From positions 5,269-69,268 of the forward strand of contig JBLHXN010000005.1 in the NCBI GenBank assembly GCA_047630355.1: a stretch of 64,000 bases of DNA, given 5' to 3'. Under the pieces are notes generated by a model. It saw only the letters and a list, made by a program, of their open reading frames with translations. It made no database searches and was not told where the DNA came from. Position 1 is the stretch's first letter; each line of letters opens with the position of its first letter. Source of the DNA: Spirosomataceae bacterium (lineage in GTDB: Bacteria; Bacteroidota; Bacteroidia; Cytophagales; Spirosomataceae). The position numbers and the translations under genes are program-made. Below are positions 9,190 to 18,863 of this stretch, one piece after another.

Positions 9190-9576
9190 ATGGATATTGA
9201 CGTAATCTTACGAAGTATGAGTCCCCGACTCAATGAAGGGGAATACGTATTCGTGACGCTTACGGACATTTCACAAGTCAATCGAAACGATACTATTTGT
9301 GAACTTCGGGAAGCTGAAGGGACGACAGTCGTGATTGAAAAATCCAAAGCGGACGAACTCGGATTTACTTACAATTACGTTGCAGCCTGGATAACACTTA
9401 ACGTACATTCGGCGTTGGAATCCGTCGGGTTAACGGCTGCATTTTCAACGGCTTTAACTCAACACAATATTAGTTGTAATGTGATAGCTGGTTTTTACCA
9501 CGATCATATTTTTGTGGACGCGAAAGACGCAACGAAAGCCATTGAAGTCATAACCAATTTATCTAAAATTAATTAA
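9190..9576 (+). CDS. ACT-domain-like small protein
   Basis: 128 aa from ATG 9190 (the track starts at GTG 9175). The pattern '..MSPRLNEGEYVFVT...' and a C-terminal beta-alpha-beta-like 'NISCNVIAGFYHDHIFV' resemble the ACT_7 type. No signal peptide. Confidence 0.5.
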   Translation: MDIDVILRSMSPRLNEGEYVFVTLTDISQVNRNDTICELREAEGTTVVIEKSKADELGFTYNYVAAWITLNVHSALESVGLTAAFSTALTQHNISCNVIAGFYHDHIFVDAKDATKAIEVITNLSKIN

Positions 9577-9587
9577 AGATTTTCTCC

Positions 9588-10955
9588 ATGAAACCATTGC
9601 TAAGTTTTTTACTATTCGTCTTATTTACGGCTACGCTATCTTGTCAGTTAAACAGTGAAAAGGTAGCCAATACTTACCCAACGGACTCTTTACTGCAATA
9701 CGCTGACTACAAATCTGCCGAATCAGATACAGAAATTTCTCGCAGTGAATACGCTGATAAGTTATACGGATTTTGGCTTGGTCAGTGCATTGCTAACTGG
9801 ACAGGTCTTGTAACCGAAATGGACAAAATAGGGAATATTGGCGAAATAAAAACGGGCAACTTTTATACTCGGGCAGATTGGGGAAATCCTGATTTGCCGA
9901 GTATTTTTACGCCCGAAAAGCCAAGCGATATTTCCCCGACCATTGATTTCGTTTTTGAAGACGAAGGTGAAATCTGGGGAGCTGATGACGATACAGATAT
10001 TGAGTACATTTATCAGAGTCTCCTCTATGAAAACCAAATAAGTATGTTAACTGGAGAACAAATCAGAGATGGTTGGCTAAAACACATCAAACCCGAAGAA
10101 GAAAACTACTTGTGGGTTTCTAATCAACGGGCGTTTGATTTGATGAAAGAGGGTGTTGTTCCGCCCGCGACGAGTGATCCGGCAAATAACAAAGAGTACG
10201 AAATGATTGACGCTCAGTTAACCACGGAAATATTCGGCTTCTTTGCCCCGACTCGCCCTGATATTGCCTTGAAAATGGCAAACCTGCCCATCAGAACTTC
10301 GGCACGTGAAAATGCCGCGTGGATTTCGGAGTTTTACGTAATTATGTATTCGCTTGCCGCAAAAAGCGATGCCGATAAATCAATAAAAGAGAACACGCAA
10401 AATATGGCGGCGGAAGCTCGAAAGCATTTACCAAACGACAGTTATTCAGCGAAAATGTACGATTTTGTGAAAAGCCGTTACGACGCAAATATCCCGTGGG
10501 AACAAACCCGCGACGAAGTTTATCAGCGGTATCAGGTGGAGCAACGAGATGGTTATGATATTACGTCAAAAAATATTTATTGCAACGGCTGCTTTGCCGC
10601 AGGAATTAATTTTGCCTCCAGTTTAGTCAGCCTTTTTTACGGTGAAGGCGACATCAAAGAAACCATAAAAATCGGTGTTTTAGCTGGTTGGGATTCTGAC
10701 AATCCAACGGCAACTTGGGGCGGGTTGCTCGGTTTCATGCTCGGTAAAGAAGGAGTAGAAGCGGCTTTCGGTCGGAAATTCTCGAATAAATTCAACATTC
10801 ACCGTACCCGTCAGAACTTCCCGAATAATGGCATTGATACTTTTGAAGAAATGGCGAAGAAAGGAATTTTTGTTATTGACCGTGTGGTGCAGGAAGAAAT
10901 GAACGGCGGTATTGATTTAGAGAAAGACGTTTGGTTGGTTCCGATTAGGAATTGA
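9588..10955 (+). CDS. ADP-ribosylglycohydrolase family protein, predicted lipoprotein
   Basis: Lipobox 'ATLSC', 'GADDDTDIEY' and 'LAGWDSDNPTATWGGLLGFMLG' (ARH-family acidic metal-site motifs). Confidence 0.75.
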   Translation: MKPLLSFLLFVLFTATLSCQLNSEKVANTYPTDSLLQYADYKSAESDTEISRSEYADKLYGFWLGQCIANWTGLVTEMDKIGNIGEIKTGNFYTRADWGNPDLPSIFTPEKPSDISPTIDFVFEDEGEIWGADDDTDIEYIYQSLLYENQISMLTGEQIRDGWLKHIKPEEENYLWVSNQRAFDLMKEGVVPPATSDPANNKEYEMIDAQLTTEIFGFFAPTRPDIALKMANLPIRTSARENAAWISEFYVIMYSLAAKSDADKSIKENTQNMAAEARKHLPNDSYSAKMYDFVKSRYDANIPWEQTRDEVYQRYQVEQRDGYDITSKNIYCNGCFAAGINFASSLVSLFYGEGDIKETIKIGVLAGWDSDNPTATWGGLLGFMLGKEGVEAAFGRKFSNKFNIHRTRQNFPNNGIDTFEEMAKKGIFVIDRVVQEEMNGGIDLEKDVWLVPIRN

Positions 10956-10986
10956 TTACAATAACTCTTTCACTTTATTACCTGAA

Positions 10987-13683
10987 TCATTGAATTTTCG
11001 GCTGTGTTAGGAAGACCTTACCATCAAACAATTTGCCCATTAACCGAATAGTCGCATCCGTATTTTCGTCATTTTTAAGGTGGAAAGTAAATTCACCGTC
11101 AATAACTTGCGAAGAGTTAATTTCTGGGTTCCAATATAGTGTTTTACTTCCCGTGAAAACATCAACGGTAGTTGGCGTAAAACCCGAAATTTGTAATGTC
11201 CCGGCTACTGGTTTGCCAGACTTACCAGTAATGAAGCCCTTTTTTAAAGTGATTTTAATAACCCCTCCGGCGGCTCTTATACCGTACAGGGACGACTCAT
11301 CTGCCTTTAGAACTTCAACACTTAAAACATCATTCGGACTGAATTGATCCAACCGGTCTTTAAGAGGCTCTCGGATGCCTGTATTCTGCTTATTTGGATC
11401 ATTTGGATTGTTAATAGCAATGTCGTTTAGCAAAACCAACGGTTCGTCATAAAAGTTGTTTCTGACCATTAATTTCCCTGTAGAACTACTGTACTGAACA
11501 GTTGCAAGTTGTTCCAACATTTCAATGATAGAGGTATATCTGGGAGAATCATCAGTAAATGTTTTTTTGGATATTCCGTTTCCAAGTTTTTCGCGTTCCT
11601 CTCTCGAAATCACGTTTGCCAGTACTTGTACTTCTTCCAAAAGCGTAGATAAGGTATCATCGGCAACGAACCGATCCGATGTGGTGAAATCAATAGTAGC
11701 ATTGAGCAGCGGGTAGGTTTTACAACCTAATTTGATTTCACCCTGTTCAGGCTCATCAAGTAGCACTTCGCCGTAGGTTACTTCTCTTCCACGTTTATCC
11801 GTTAGTTGGTAAACTACCGTTTGTTCTCCAGAAAAATTAATGCCAGTAAAGTAGAATTTACCATCTTTATCTGTTTGAGTTTCGCTAAAAAACTTGTTTT
11901 CTAAACCGAAAGATGCCAGCGTCAGGTTATATTTTTTAAGCGGTTTTTTGTTCGCTTTATTTATCAACTTGCCGCTTATTACCAATAATGAATCACTGTT
12001 TTCTAACTGCTTTATTTTCGCTTCATTTACGGTTATAAATTTGTTTCTATTTTTAGGAATTTCCGAATCGGCGAAGCTAAAAAGTGATTTGCTTGATGTT
12101 ACCGATACCGTAAGATTTTCTACCTGTGGGGGAATATTGAAGACGGTTATCTTTTGAACAGAATCGTTAACGACCTCACGGCTTACTTCCAGCTCACCGA
12201 AAAGTGATTTATCTAAATCGGCGACACGGCTCACTGAACAAGTTTTTACTGTATCTGGTAGTTTACCTTTTGAGACAAAAACAGGTTGGATATTAATGAG
12301 TTCGGGATAAGCCGCCATCCAATTCGTAAAAAACCGGAGGTAGTATTGTCCGGCGGGTAATTGTTTATCAAGCAACATGTAGCCACTCGACTTTCTGTCA
12401 AAAAAGCGAAAATACTGGTGCGTGACTTTCTTCCCAACCGAATCGTAAAGACACACGTTAAGCGGTTGAAAATCCGTAAAACCCTGCCCTTCCTGAATCG
12501 AAGAAAAATGCAGCCGTTCGCCCGGAACAAAAATGTCCTTATTGGTGAGCGTTTTTAACGTGCCGAGATTAAATCCGTCGCTATTTGCGTTCTGTAAAAC
12601 AGATTCTGTTTTGAACTCTCCGGGCTGATAATCAGTTGGCAGCGTGCGGGCAAACCTATAGGTATCCATATCTCCTGAAATTTGTAAGGCGAGCGGTTGA
12701 TCTATGTTTCCGTTTTTGTCAATACGATGTCTGCTGGAAATATGCAGTAGCGAAGTTGCCGAACTAATGTCTTTAAAAAGTAGCTGTGGTCCCGCTGATT
12801 TATTTCGGTTGAGAATTATAAATGTTGCTTCTTGAGCAAAAGAAAAAGAGGAATCGGCATCCCGTTTTGCCGCAGGAAAATCGAAGAAGCCTTTACCGTA
12901 TTTTGTGGTTGTGTATTCCCCAAAACTTGATCCTCTTTTGATGGTATTGCCTTCAAGCAGGAAAAGGTCAAACCCGTTTTCTTTCAATTTATTTTGAGCC
13001 AAGCTTATCAGAAAGTGCCTCAAAGAACCGTTATAGGCTTTTTCTCTTAGCTCATTACGTTTGGCTAACTTATTCTCTTCGACGGCTATTTCTTTATAAA
13101 AAGATTTCACTACGTAATTAGTAATACCACTCGTTCCTTTAAATTCAACCAATTCGGTCAGGACTTCATAACCTAATGATTCGTTCGTAATGTTTAAAGG
13201 TTTACCAGAACTGGCTGTCAGCAGCGATTTTTCTTTAGTGAAATCGACTACCCAATAATTGTTTATTTCGGTTTGTTTAGCGAAAGCATCCGTTCCTAAA
13301 AAACTCCGTTTGAACCTTTCAAAATTACGACTCCACTCCTTGTCCTTTTTCCCACTAACGGTCAATTCCTGCAAAGCCTCAACCTGAGATTGCAACTGCA
13401 CATTAATAAATTTTGTAGTAGTTCCGACTTCAATAAATACTGATTTTGACCTATACCCAACCGACGTAAAAACAAGTTCTGCTTTTTGGGTCAAAGAAAA
13501 CGTCAGACTGAACTTTCCGAGTGTATCCGTCTGCGTACCGAACGTAGTTCCGTTCACGAAAACATTCACGAACGGCAGGGGTTCGCCATTATCAAGTTCT
13601 TTCACGGTTCCCGAAACGGTTATTTTTTGCCCAAATGTAATTGTGGGAATTAACAATAGTAGTAGTATGTATTTCCTTAACAT
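10987..13683 (-). CDS. Carboxypeptidase-regulatory-like domain protein with a C-terminal TonB-plug-like motif and no barrel
   Basis: N-terminal 'ITVSGTVKELDNGEPLPFVNVFVNGTTFGTQTDTLGKFSL'. A second similar module 'ISGKLINKANKKPL..TQTDKDGKFYF'. Near the C-terminus, 'VLSVEVLKADESSLYGIRAAGGVIKITLKKG' resembles the SusC plug end. Confidence 0.6.
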   Translation of the reverse strand: MLRKYILLLLLIPTITFGQKITVSGTVKELDNGEPLPFVNVFVNGTTFGTQTDTLGKFSLTFSLTQKAELVFTSVGYRSKSVFIEVGTTTKFINVQLQSQVEALQELTVSGKKDKEWSRNFERFKRSFLGTDAFAKQTEINNYWVVDFTKEKSLLTASSGKPLNITNESLGYEVLTELVEFKGTSGITNYVVKSFYKEIAVEENKLAKRNELREKAYNGSLRHFLISLAQNKLKENGFDLFLLEGNTIKRGSSFGEYTTTKYGKGFFDFPAAKRDADSSFSFAQEATFIILNRNKSAGPQLLFKDISSATSLLHISSRHRIDKNGNIDQPLALQISGDMDTYRFARTLPTDYQPGEFKTESVLQNANSDGFNLGTLKTLTNKDIFVPGERLHFSSIQEGQGFTDFQPLNVCLYDSVGKKVTHQYFRFFDRKSSGYMLLDKQLPAGQYYLRFFTNWMAAYPELINIQPVFVSKGKLPDTVKTCSVSRVADLDKSLFGELEVSREVVNDSVQKITVFNIPPQVENLTVSVTSSKSLFSFADSEIPKNRNKFITVNEAKIKQLENSDSLLVISGKLINKANKKPLKKYNLTLASFGLENKFFSETQTDKDGKFYFTGINFSGEQTVVYQLTDKRGREVTYGEVLLDEPEQGEIKLGCKTYPLLNATIDFTTSDRFVADDTLSTLLEEVQVLANVISREEREKLGNGISKKTFTDDSPRYTSIIEMLEQLATVQYSSSTGKLMVRNNFYDEPLVLLNDIAINNPNDPNKQNTGIREPLKDRLDQFSPNDVLSVEVLKADESSLYGIRAAGGVIKITLKKGFITGKSGKPVAGTLQISGFTPTTVDVFTGSKTLYWNPEINSSQVIDGEFTFHLKNDENTDATIRLMGKLFDGKVFLTQPKIQ

Positions 13684-13759
13684 AAGCTATTGGATGGATA
13701 AAGGTTTGCCTCAAGCATTAAGTTCTTTTTTAAACCAGATTACACACGTAAAGTAATAA

Positions 13760-14086
13760 TTATAGCAATTCCTCCACAGGTCGCCAAACAACGTTTTTAA
13801 AATCCTGCACTTTGTCGTCCTTGATAACTATGCCTTCGTCTTCGAGTAGTTCCTGCATAATAGTTGGCGTTGCAAAGAAGTTTTTGCCCGTCAAAACCCC
13901 GCTGGCGTTTACCACCCGGTGAGCCGGAACGTCGGCACGGCTGTGGCAGGCGTTCATAGCCCATCCCACCAATCTCGCTCCGCCTTTGCTACCCAGATAT
14001 TCCGCAATCAAACCATAGGCTGAAACCCGCCCCTTGGGAATGAGTTTTACTACGTCGTAAATATCTTCGAATTTGTTTTCTGACAT
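13760..14086 (-). CDS. Alkyltransferase-like (ATL) protein: MGMT DNA-binding domain lacking the acceptor Cys
   Basis: 108 aa. 'VPAHRVVNASG' sits in place of the canonical 'PCHRV' (Cys replaced by Ala). Confidence 0.75.
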   Translation of the reverse strand: MSENKFEDIYDVVKLIPKGRVSAYGLIAEYLGSKGGARLVGWAMNACHSRADVPAHRVVNASGVLTGKNFFATPTIMQELLEDEGIVIKDDKVQDFKNVVWRPVEELL

Positions 14087-14261
14087 GGGTTTGAATTTTT
14101 ATCAAGCACTCGTTTGTAAATATTTTGTTCTAGCTAGTCGTAAAACCCATCTCGTCTGCCGACTACGTCAGGCACCCACCCTGCCCAGGCGGGGATTTAC
14201 TCAATCGACAATTACATAAACTAAAACTGTAAAAGTAATTAATAACAATTGAGTCTCTCCC

Positions 14262-15389
14262 TCAAAAAATCTGGTCAAAAGATTCTCCGTTGAATTTGTA
14301 AACGCCGCCGTTTGCCATGGCGAAGAGTAAGTTGTTATTTTTATCTTCGTAAATATCCCAAATCATTTGACCTTTTAGGTCTTCGTCAACCGTAAAATTA
14401 ACTAAAGATTTTCCGTTGTATTTCCACGCTCCGGTGTCACGGTCGCCAAACCAAATGTCCCCGTTTTCAGTCTCTGTTATCACAAATATGTGGTTGAGCG
14501 TCCCTGAGGGTGATTTTTTGGTATTCCCTACTATATTATCGTCGTAAACGTTGAGTTTTTTTGAAAATTTTATGATTCCGTCGCTTTCGTTTAGTAGGAC
14601 GCCAATTCCATTATTCCCAATCCATAAGCGTCCTTTAGAATCTTCCAAAACGCTTCTTACGTGAAGAAATTCTCCCTCTTTGGAGTAACCCAATGATTTG
14701 TTATCAATTTTTGTGAAGCTCTTTCCGTCGTAACCCGTAACTGATGAGTACGAGGCAATCCAGATATTATCTTCTTTTCCAATTGAGATATCGGTTGCTT
14801 CGAGGTTAGCGGGAGTTTCGCCGTAGGTTAGATTTGGGAAATTGAGGTACTCAACCTGCTTATTATCTACTTTGACGGCGTTTGCGTTTCTACCCGCACC
14901 AAACCAAAGAGCGATAGAAGAAAGCGTCTAGTTATTATTTGTAGAGAATTCGAGATTACCTGTTAACTTCTCTTTTCGATAGTTCGTGATTTTCTTACCA
15001 TCAAAACTACACACGCCTTCACTTGTTCTGAACCAGATAGTTCCGTGTTTATCTTCCTGAATTGTCCGCACCTGATTGCTACTCAAACCGTCATTTGTGG
15101 TAAAGTAGGTGAATGACTTTCCGTCGTAAGAATAAACTCCTTCTTTATGGCTTCCGAACCAATATCGCCCTTTGCTATCCTGAAATATGCTGCGAGTACC
15201 GGTAGTATATTTAAGCGTATCGTGGACCTCATCAAGTAATATTTCGGTTTCAGGAGTGCCAACTTCATCTGAAGTGTCAAACTCTGACTCCCCAATAATA
15301 GTTTTCTCGCTTTGGGTGCACGAGAAGCTTAATCCAATTAAAATTAAAAGGTAGAGCATTACGAATTGATTTTTCATTTTAAATTTCAC
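14262..15389 (-). pseudogene. Beta-propeller (two-component-regulator-propeller type) lipoprotein interrupted by one in-frame TAG
   Basis: ORFs 14928-15389 and 14262-14693 share one frame. The 234 nt between them is open and propeller-like ('ALWFGAGRNANAVKVDNKQVEYLN..DNIWIASYSSVTGYDGKSF'). A single TAG at 14928-14930 gives '..EFSTNNN*TLSSIALWFG..'. Repeats 'DSKGRYWFGS', 'HGTIWFRT', 'KGRLWIGNNGIGV' and 'NGDIWFGDRDTGAWKYNGKS'. Confidence 0.7.
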
Positions 15390-15718
15390 TGTTTTCTCTC
15401 GAATTATCTAAAGTAATGACTGCTTTCACGATACGCTCTTTAATGTAAAGACTTTATTTCAAAATAGGTTGGTTTTTTTGTTAAGGTGAAATGAATGCTC
15501 AGTTCAGAAGGTAACTGTAGTGCGATACAGCAAAATGTATTATGTCTTTGATTTTTAAAAATAAATCTCGGAATATGAATATCTGTTCGTAATAAATACA
15601 AAAAAGACTTTTTTTGTGAGTGAATTTTGAATATTTGTCCGTAATTTTTATTCTGTTTTAGAATGTATTTTTAATTAAACTTTAGTACTATCTTATTTTC
15701 AACTTTTATCTATTTGTC

Positions 15719-18700
15719 ATGAAAAAACAACTACTCACTTATCTTCTCATGCTTTGCACGTGCGGTTTCGCGTACGCTCAGAGTGTAAGCGGAAAGGTAA
15801 CAGACGAACAAAATACACCGCTTCCGGGTGTGAACGTAACCATTAAAGGCACTTCAACCGGAACCATTACTTCTGCTGCCGGAACTTACACTATTTCCGC
15901 AAAAAAAGGCGATATGTTGGAGTTCTCGTTCATCGGAATGCAGCCCCGCACCGTATCGGTTGGGAATGCTACCACATTAGACGTAACGCTTATTGACGAT
16001 GCACTTAACCTGAACGAAGTGGTAGTAACTGCTCTCGGTATCAAACGGGAAAAACGCTCGTTGGGTTATGCTACGCAGGAGTTAGACTCCAAGCAAATTC
16101 TGGACGTACCGCGTAATAATATTGTAACGGCGTTACAAGGGAAAGTAGCCGGAGCTCAGATTTCGAGTCAGGGTGGTGCTCCGGGACAAGGTGCCCGTAT
16201 CATTATTCGTGGAATCAATTCATTGAGTCCGGGAGCGAATAACGAGCCACTTTTTGTGGTAGATGGTGTTCCTATCAGTAACGATAGTTTTACCGCAGGT
16301 GGTGGTAGTGGACGCGGAGCAACCAACCGTGCAGCTGACATTAACCTTGACGACGTTGAAAGCGTAAACGTACTAAAAGGTGGTGCCGCAACAGCTCTTT
16401 ACGGAGTGCGTGCTGCAAACGGAGCTATCATTGTTACTACCAAGAAAGGAAAGAACGGTAAAACTGTATTCAACTTTACTTCTACTTACGGAATTGACGA
16501 AGTAAACAAAACCCCGAACGTACAGCGGATTTATACACAAGGCTACGCTGGTGTTTACGATAAAAATAGTTTCTGGCCTACGTGGGGACCAACCGTTGAG
16601 GAAGCCCGTCGGTTAGACCCCGGTCATCCCGCAGAGTTATTTGATAATTTCGAGCAGGCGTATCAAACGGGTTCTCAAAACAATATTCACTTTGACGCGT
16701 CGGGTGGAAATGAAAAGACAAGTTTTTATAGCTCCGTTTCGCGGTTTGGACAGGAGGGTGTTGTTCCCTTTACAGATTTTGAAAGAATCTCCGCTAAGTT
16801 GAACGGAACAATCAGCCTTTCGGATAAATTTTCAATTATTGGTTCGGCAAATTTCATTAACTCCGGCGGAGCAAGGGTAGACGCCAGTTCGTTCAATACC
16901 CGTTTGGTTTATTGGGCACCGCAAAAAGACGTTTCGGATTTTGAATATACTGAAGGGCCACTTGCCGGAACAATGAAGCCTTACCGTCCTGAAATATCAA
17001 CGGGTAATAACCCGGTTTGGGGTAACAAGACTAATACGTTCGTTGACGATGTCAACCGCCTGATTGGTAACATTGGTTTCAATTATCAGCCGTTAGAAGG
17101 TTTGAATGTTTCGTATCGCTTCGGAATGGATAGATTCACTGACAGTCGCAGAGCGAGTGCTCCGGGACCAAGTGGTATTGAAAACGAAGCTGTTTACGAA
17201 GATAACGGATTGGGTTTTATCGAAGAAACCCGTATCACAAGCCGCGATATGACTTCAAACCTTGTGGTGTCTTACGAGAAAGAAATCAACAACGATTTTG
17301 ATTTGACATTACGTACCGGACTTGACATTTTTGAACGATCGTACGACCGCGTGTCTACTCGTGGGGCAGAATTTGAGGTGTTTGACTTCATCCACCTCAG
17401 CAATGCGGCAATTATCACCACATCGCAGTTGATTAGCAAAAATAGGTTAGTCGGGCTTTACGGTGAAGTAGGTTTATCTTACCGTGACCTGCTTTTCTTA
17501 TCGGTGACAAACCGTAATGACTGGTCATCTACATTGCCAAAAGACAATAACTCATTTAGTTATCCGTCGGTTAACTTAGGTTTTGTATTCACCGACCTTA
17601 TTGATACACGTCCTTCTTGGTTAGATTATGGTAAATTCCGTGCCTCGTTTGCCCAAATTGGTAAAGATGCTATTGGTCCTTACCTGACTTCTGATGTTTA
17701 CCGTGCTACTGCCTCCGGCTTCCCGATTGGTGACGTAACAGGCTGGACCCGCCCGGGTAACAAAGCGGATTTGAATTTATTGAATGAAACTACCGACGCA
17801 ATAGAATTTGGTCTTGAATTTAAGTTGCTGAAAAACAGAATTAGTATTGACGCGGCCTGGTATCAGAACAATTCACGGAATCAAATCCTCGGCGTGCCAA
17901 TTTCTGCGGCCTCGGGTTATAATTCGTTTACCACAAATGCGGGTGAAATTCAGAACTCGGGTATCGAGTTATTGGTGAATGCTACCGCTGTTGAAACTCC
18001 GAATTTTAACTGGAACATTACGGCGAACTTCTCAAATAACCGCAATAAAGTGGTAAGTATCAAAGAAGGTATTGAGAGTATATTCTTAGGAAGCGATTTC
18101 GGTTACGCCGGAAGTTCGGCGAGTCAGGTATTGTACACAGGTTACGCCTACGGAAATATCTTAGGTACGAGCTACCAGCGTTATTATGAAAACCCAGCTG
18201 ATGAAGACCCGCTAATTCTTGACGATAGCCGTCCGATTGTGATTGGGGAAAATGGTTTTCCGGTGCGTAATACAAGCCAGAAGATTCTTGGAAATTCCAT
18301 TCCGAAATATATGTTGAACATCGGAAATCAGTTTACGTACAAAAATATTTCGCTTGGGTTTAACTTTGATTTCCGTCAGGGTTTCCAGAAATTCAATTCA
18401 CTGGATAATTTCCACGCCGCTTTTGGTATTGCAGATTATACTGAGAACCGTGACCAAACGATTGTTTTTGAAGGCGTTACCGCCGACGGACAACCAAATA
18501 CCAAAGAGGTATTTTTAGGTCAGGGAACGGGTCCTGACGGCGTAAATTACGGAGCCGGATTTTACCGAAACGTATATCGTGGAGTTACCGAAAATTTCGT
18601 GGAGGATGCCTCGTGGGTTCGTTTACAAAACCTGAACCTGACGTATAACCTTCCGGCAGGTATTCTGTCAAGAGTTGCCTTAAACCGTGCCAGCATTTCA

Positions 18701-18850
18701 TTTACCGGAACAAACCTGTGGTTATCAACTCCGTACAGCGGTTTTGACCCTGAAGTGTCCGTAAACACTGGAAACGCCGACGGTTTTGCCGGACGTGGTG
18801 CTTATCCTGGTTTACGTTCGTACGCCGCAACTTTACGTTTAACTTTCTAA
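15719..18850 (+). CDS. SusC/RagA family TonB-linked outer membrane protein
   Basis: Signal peptide, CarboxypepD_reg 'VSGKVTDEQNTPLPGVNVTIKGT', plug 'VLKGGAATALYGVRAANGAIIVTTKKG', 1043 aa, and a terminal aromatic '..LRLTF'. Confidence 0.9.
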   Translation: MKKQLLTYLLMLCTCGFAYAQSVSGKVTDEQNTPLPGVNVTIKGTSTGTITSAAGTYTISAKKGDMLEFSFIGMQPRTVSVGNATTLDVTLIDDALNLNEVVVTALGIKREKRSLGYATQELDSKQILDVPRNNIVTALQGKVAGAQISSQGGAPGQGARIIIRGINSLSPGANNEPLFVVDGVPISNDSFTAGGGSGRGATNRAADINLDDVESVNVLKGGAATALYGVRAANGAIIVTTKKGKNGKTVFNFTSTYGIDEVNKTPNVQRIYTQGYAGVYDKNSFWPTWGPTVEEARRLDPGHPAELFDNFEQAYQTGSQNNIHFDASGGNEKTSFYSSVSRFGQEGVVPFTDFERISAKLNGTISLSDKFSIIGSANFINSGGARVDASSFNTRLVYWAPQKDVSDFEYTEGPLAGTMKPYRPEISTGNNPVWGNKTNTFVDDVNRLIGNIGFNYQPLEGLNVSYRFGMDRFTDSRRASAPGPSGIENEAVYEDNGLGFIEETRITSRDMTSNLVVSYEKEINNDFDLTLRTGLDIFERSYDRVSTRGAEFEVFDFIHLSNAAIITTSQLISKNRLVGLYGEVGLSYRDLLFLSVTNRNDWSSTLPKDNNSFSYPSVNLGFVFTDLIDTRPSWLDYGKFRASFAQIGKDAIGPYLTSDVYRATASGFPIGDVTGWTRPGNKADLNLLNETTDAIEFGLEFKLLKNRISIDAAWYQNNSRNQILGVPISAASGYNSFTTNAGEIQNSGIELLVNATAVETPNFNWNITANFSNNRNKVVSIKEGIESIFLGSDFGYAGSSASQVLYTGYAYGNILGTSYQRYYENPADEDPLILDDSRPIVIGENGFPVRNTSQKILGNSIPKYMLNIGNQFTYKNISLGFNFDFRQGFQKFNSLDNFHAAFGIADYTENRDQTIVFEGVTADGQPNTKEVFLGQGTGPDGVNYGAGFYRNVYRGVTENFVEDASWVRLQNLNLTYNLPAGILSRVALNRASISFTGTNLWLSTPYSGFDPEVSVNTGNADGFAGRGAYPGLRSYAATLRLTF

Positions 18851-18863
18851 AAACTGACTACCA

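Noticed and set aside
1035-14930. Whether the in-frame TAG, TAA and TAG codons (1035, 5537, 14928) reflect recoding: pyrrolysine, programmed readthrough or an altered genetic code.
   Set aside because: About 57 other genes in the window terminate normally with TAA, TAG or TGA. No pyl genes or recoding signals are visible. Two of the three affected genes carry additional lesions (frameshifts, lost start). Ordinary pseudogenisation is the simpler explanation.
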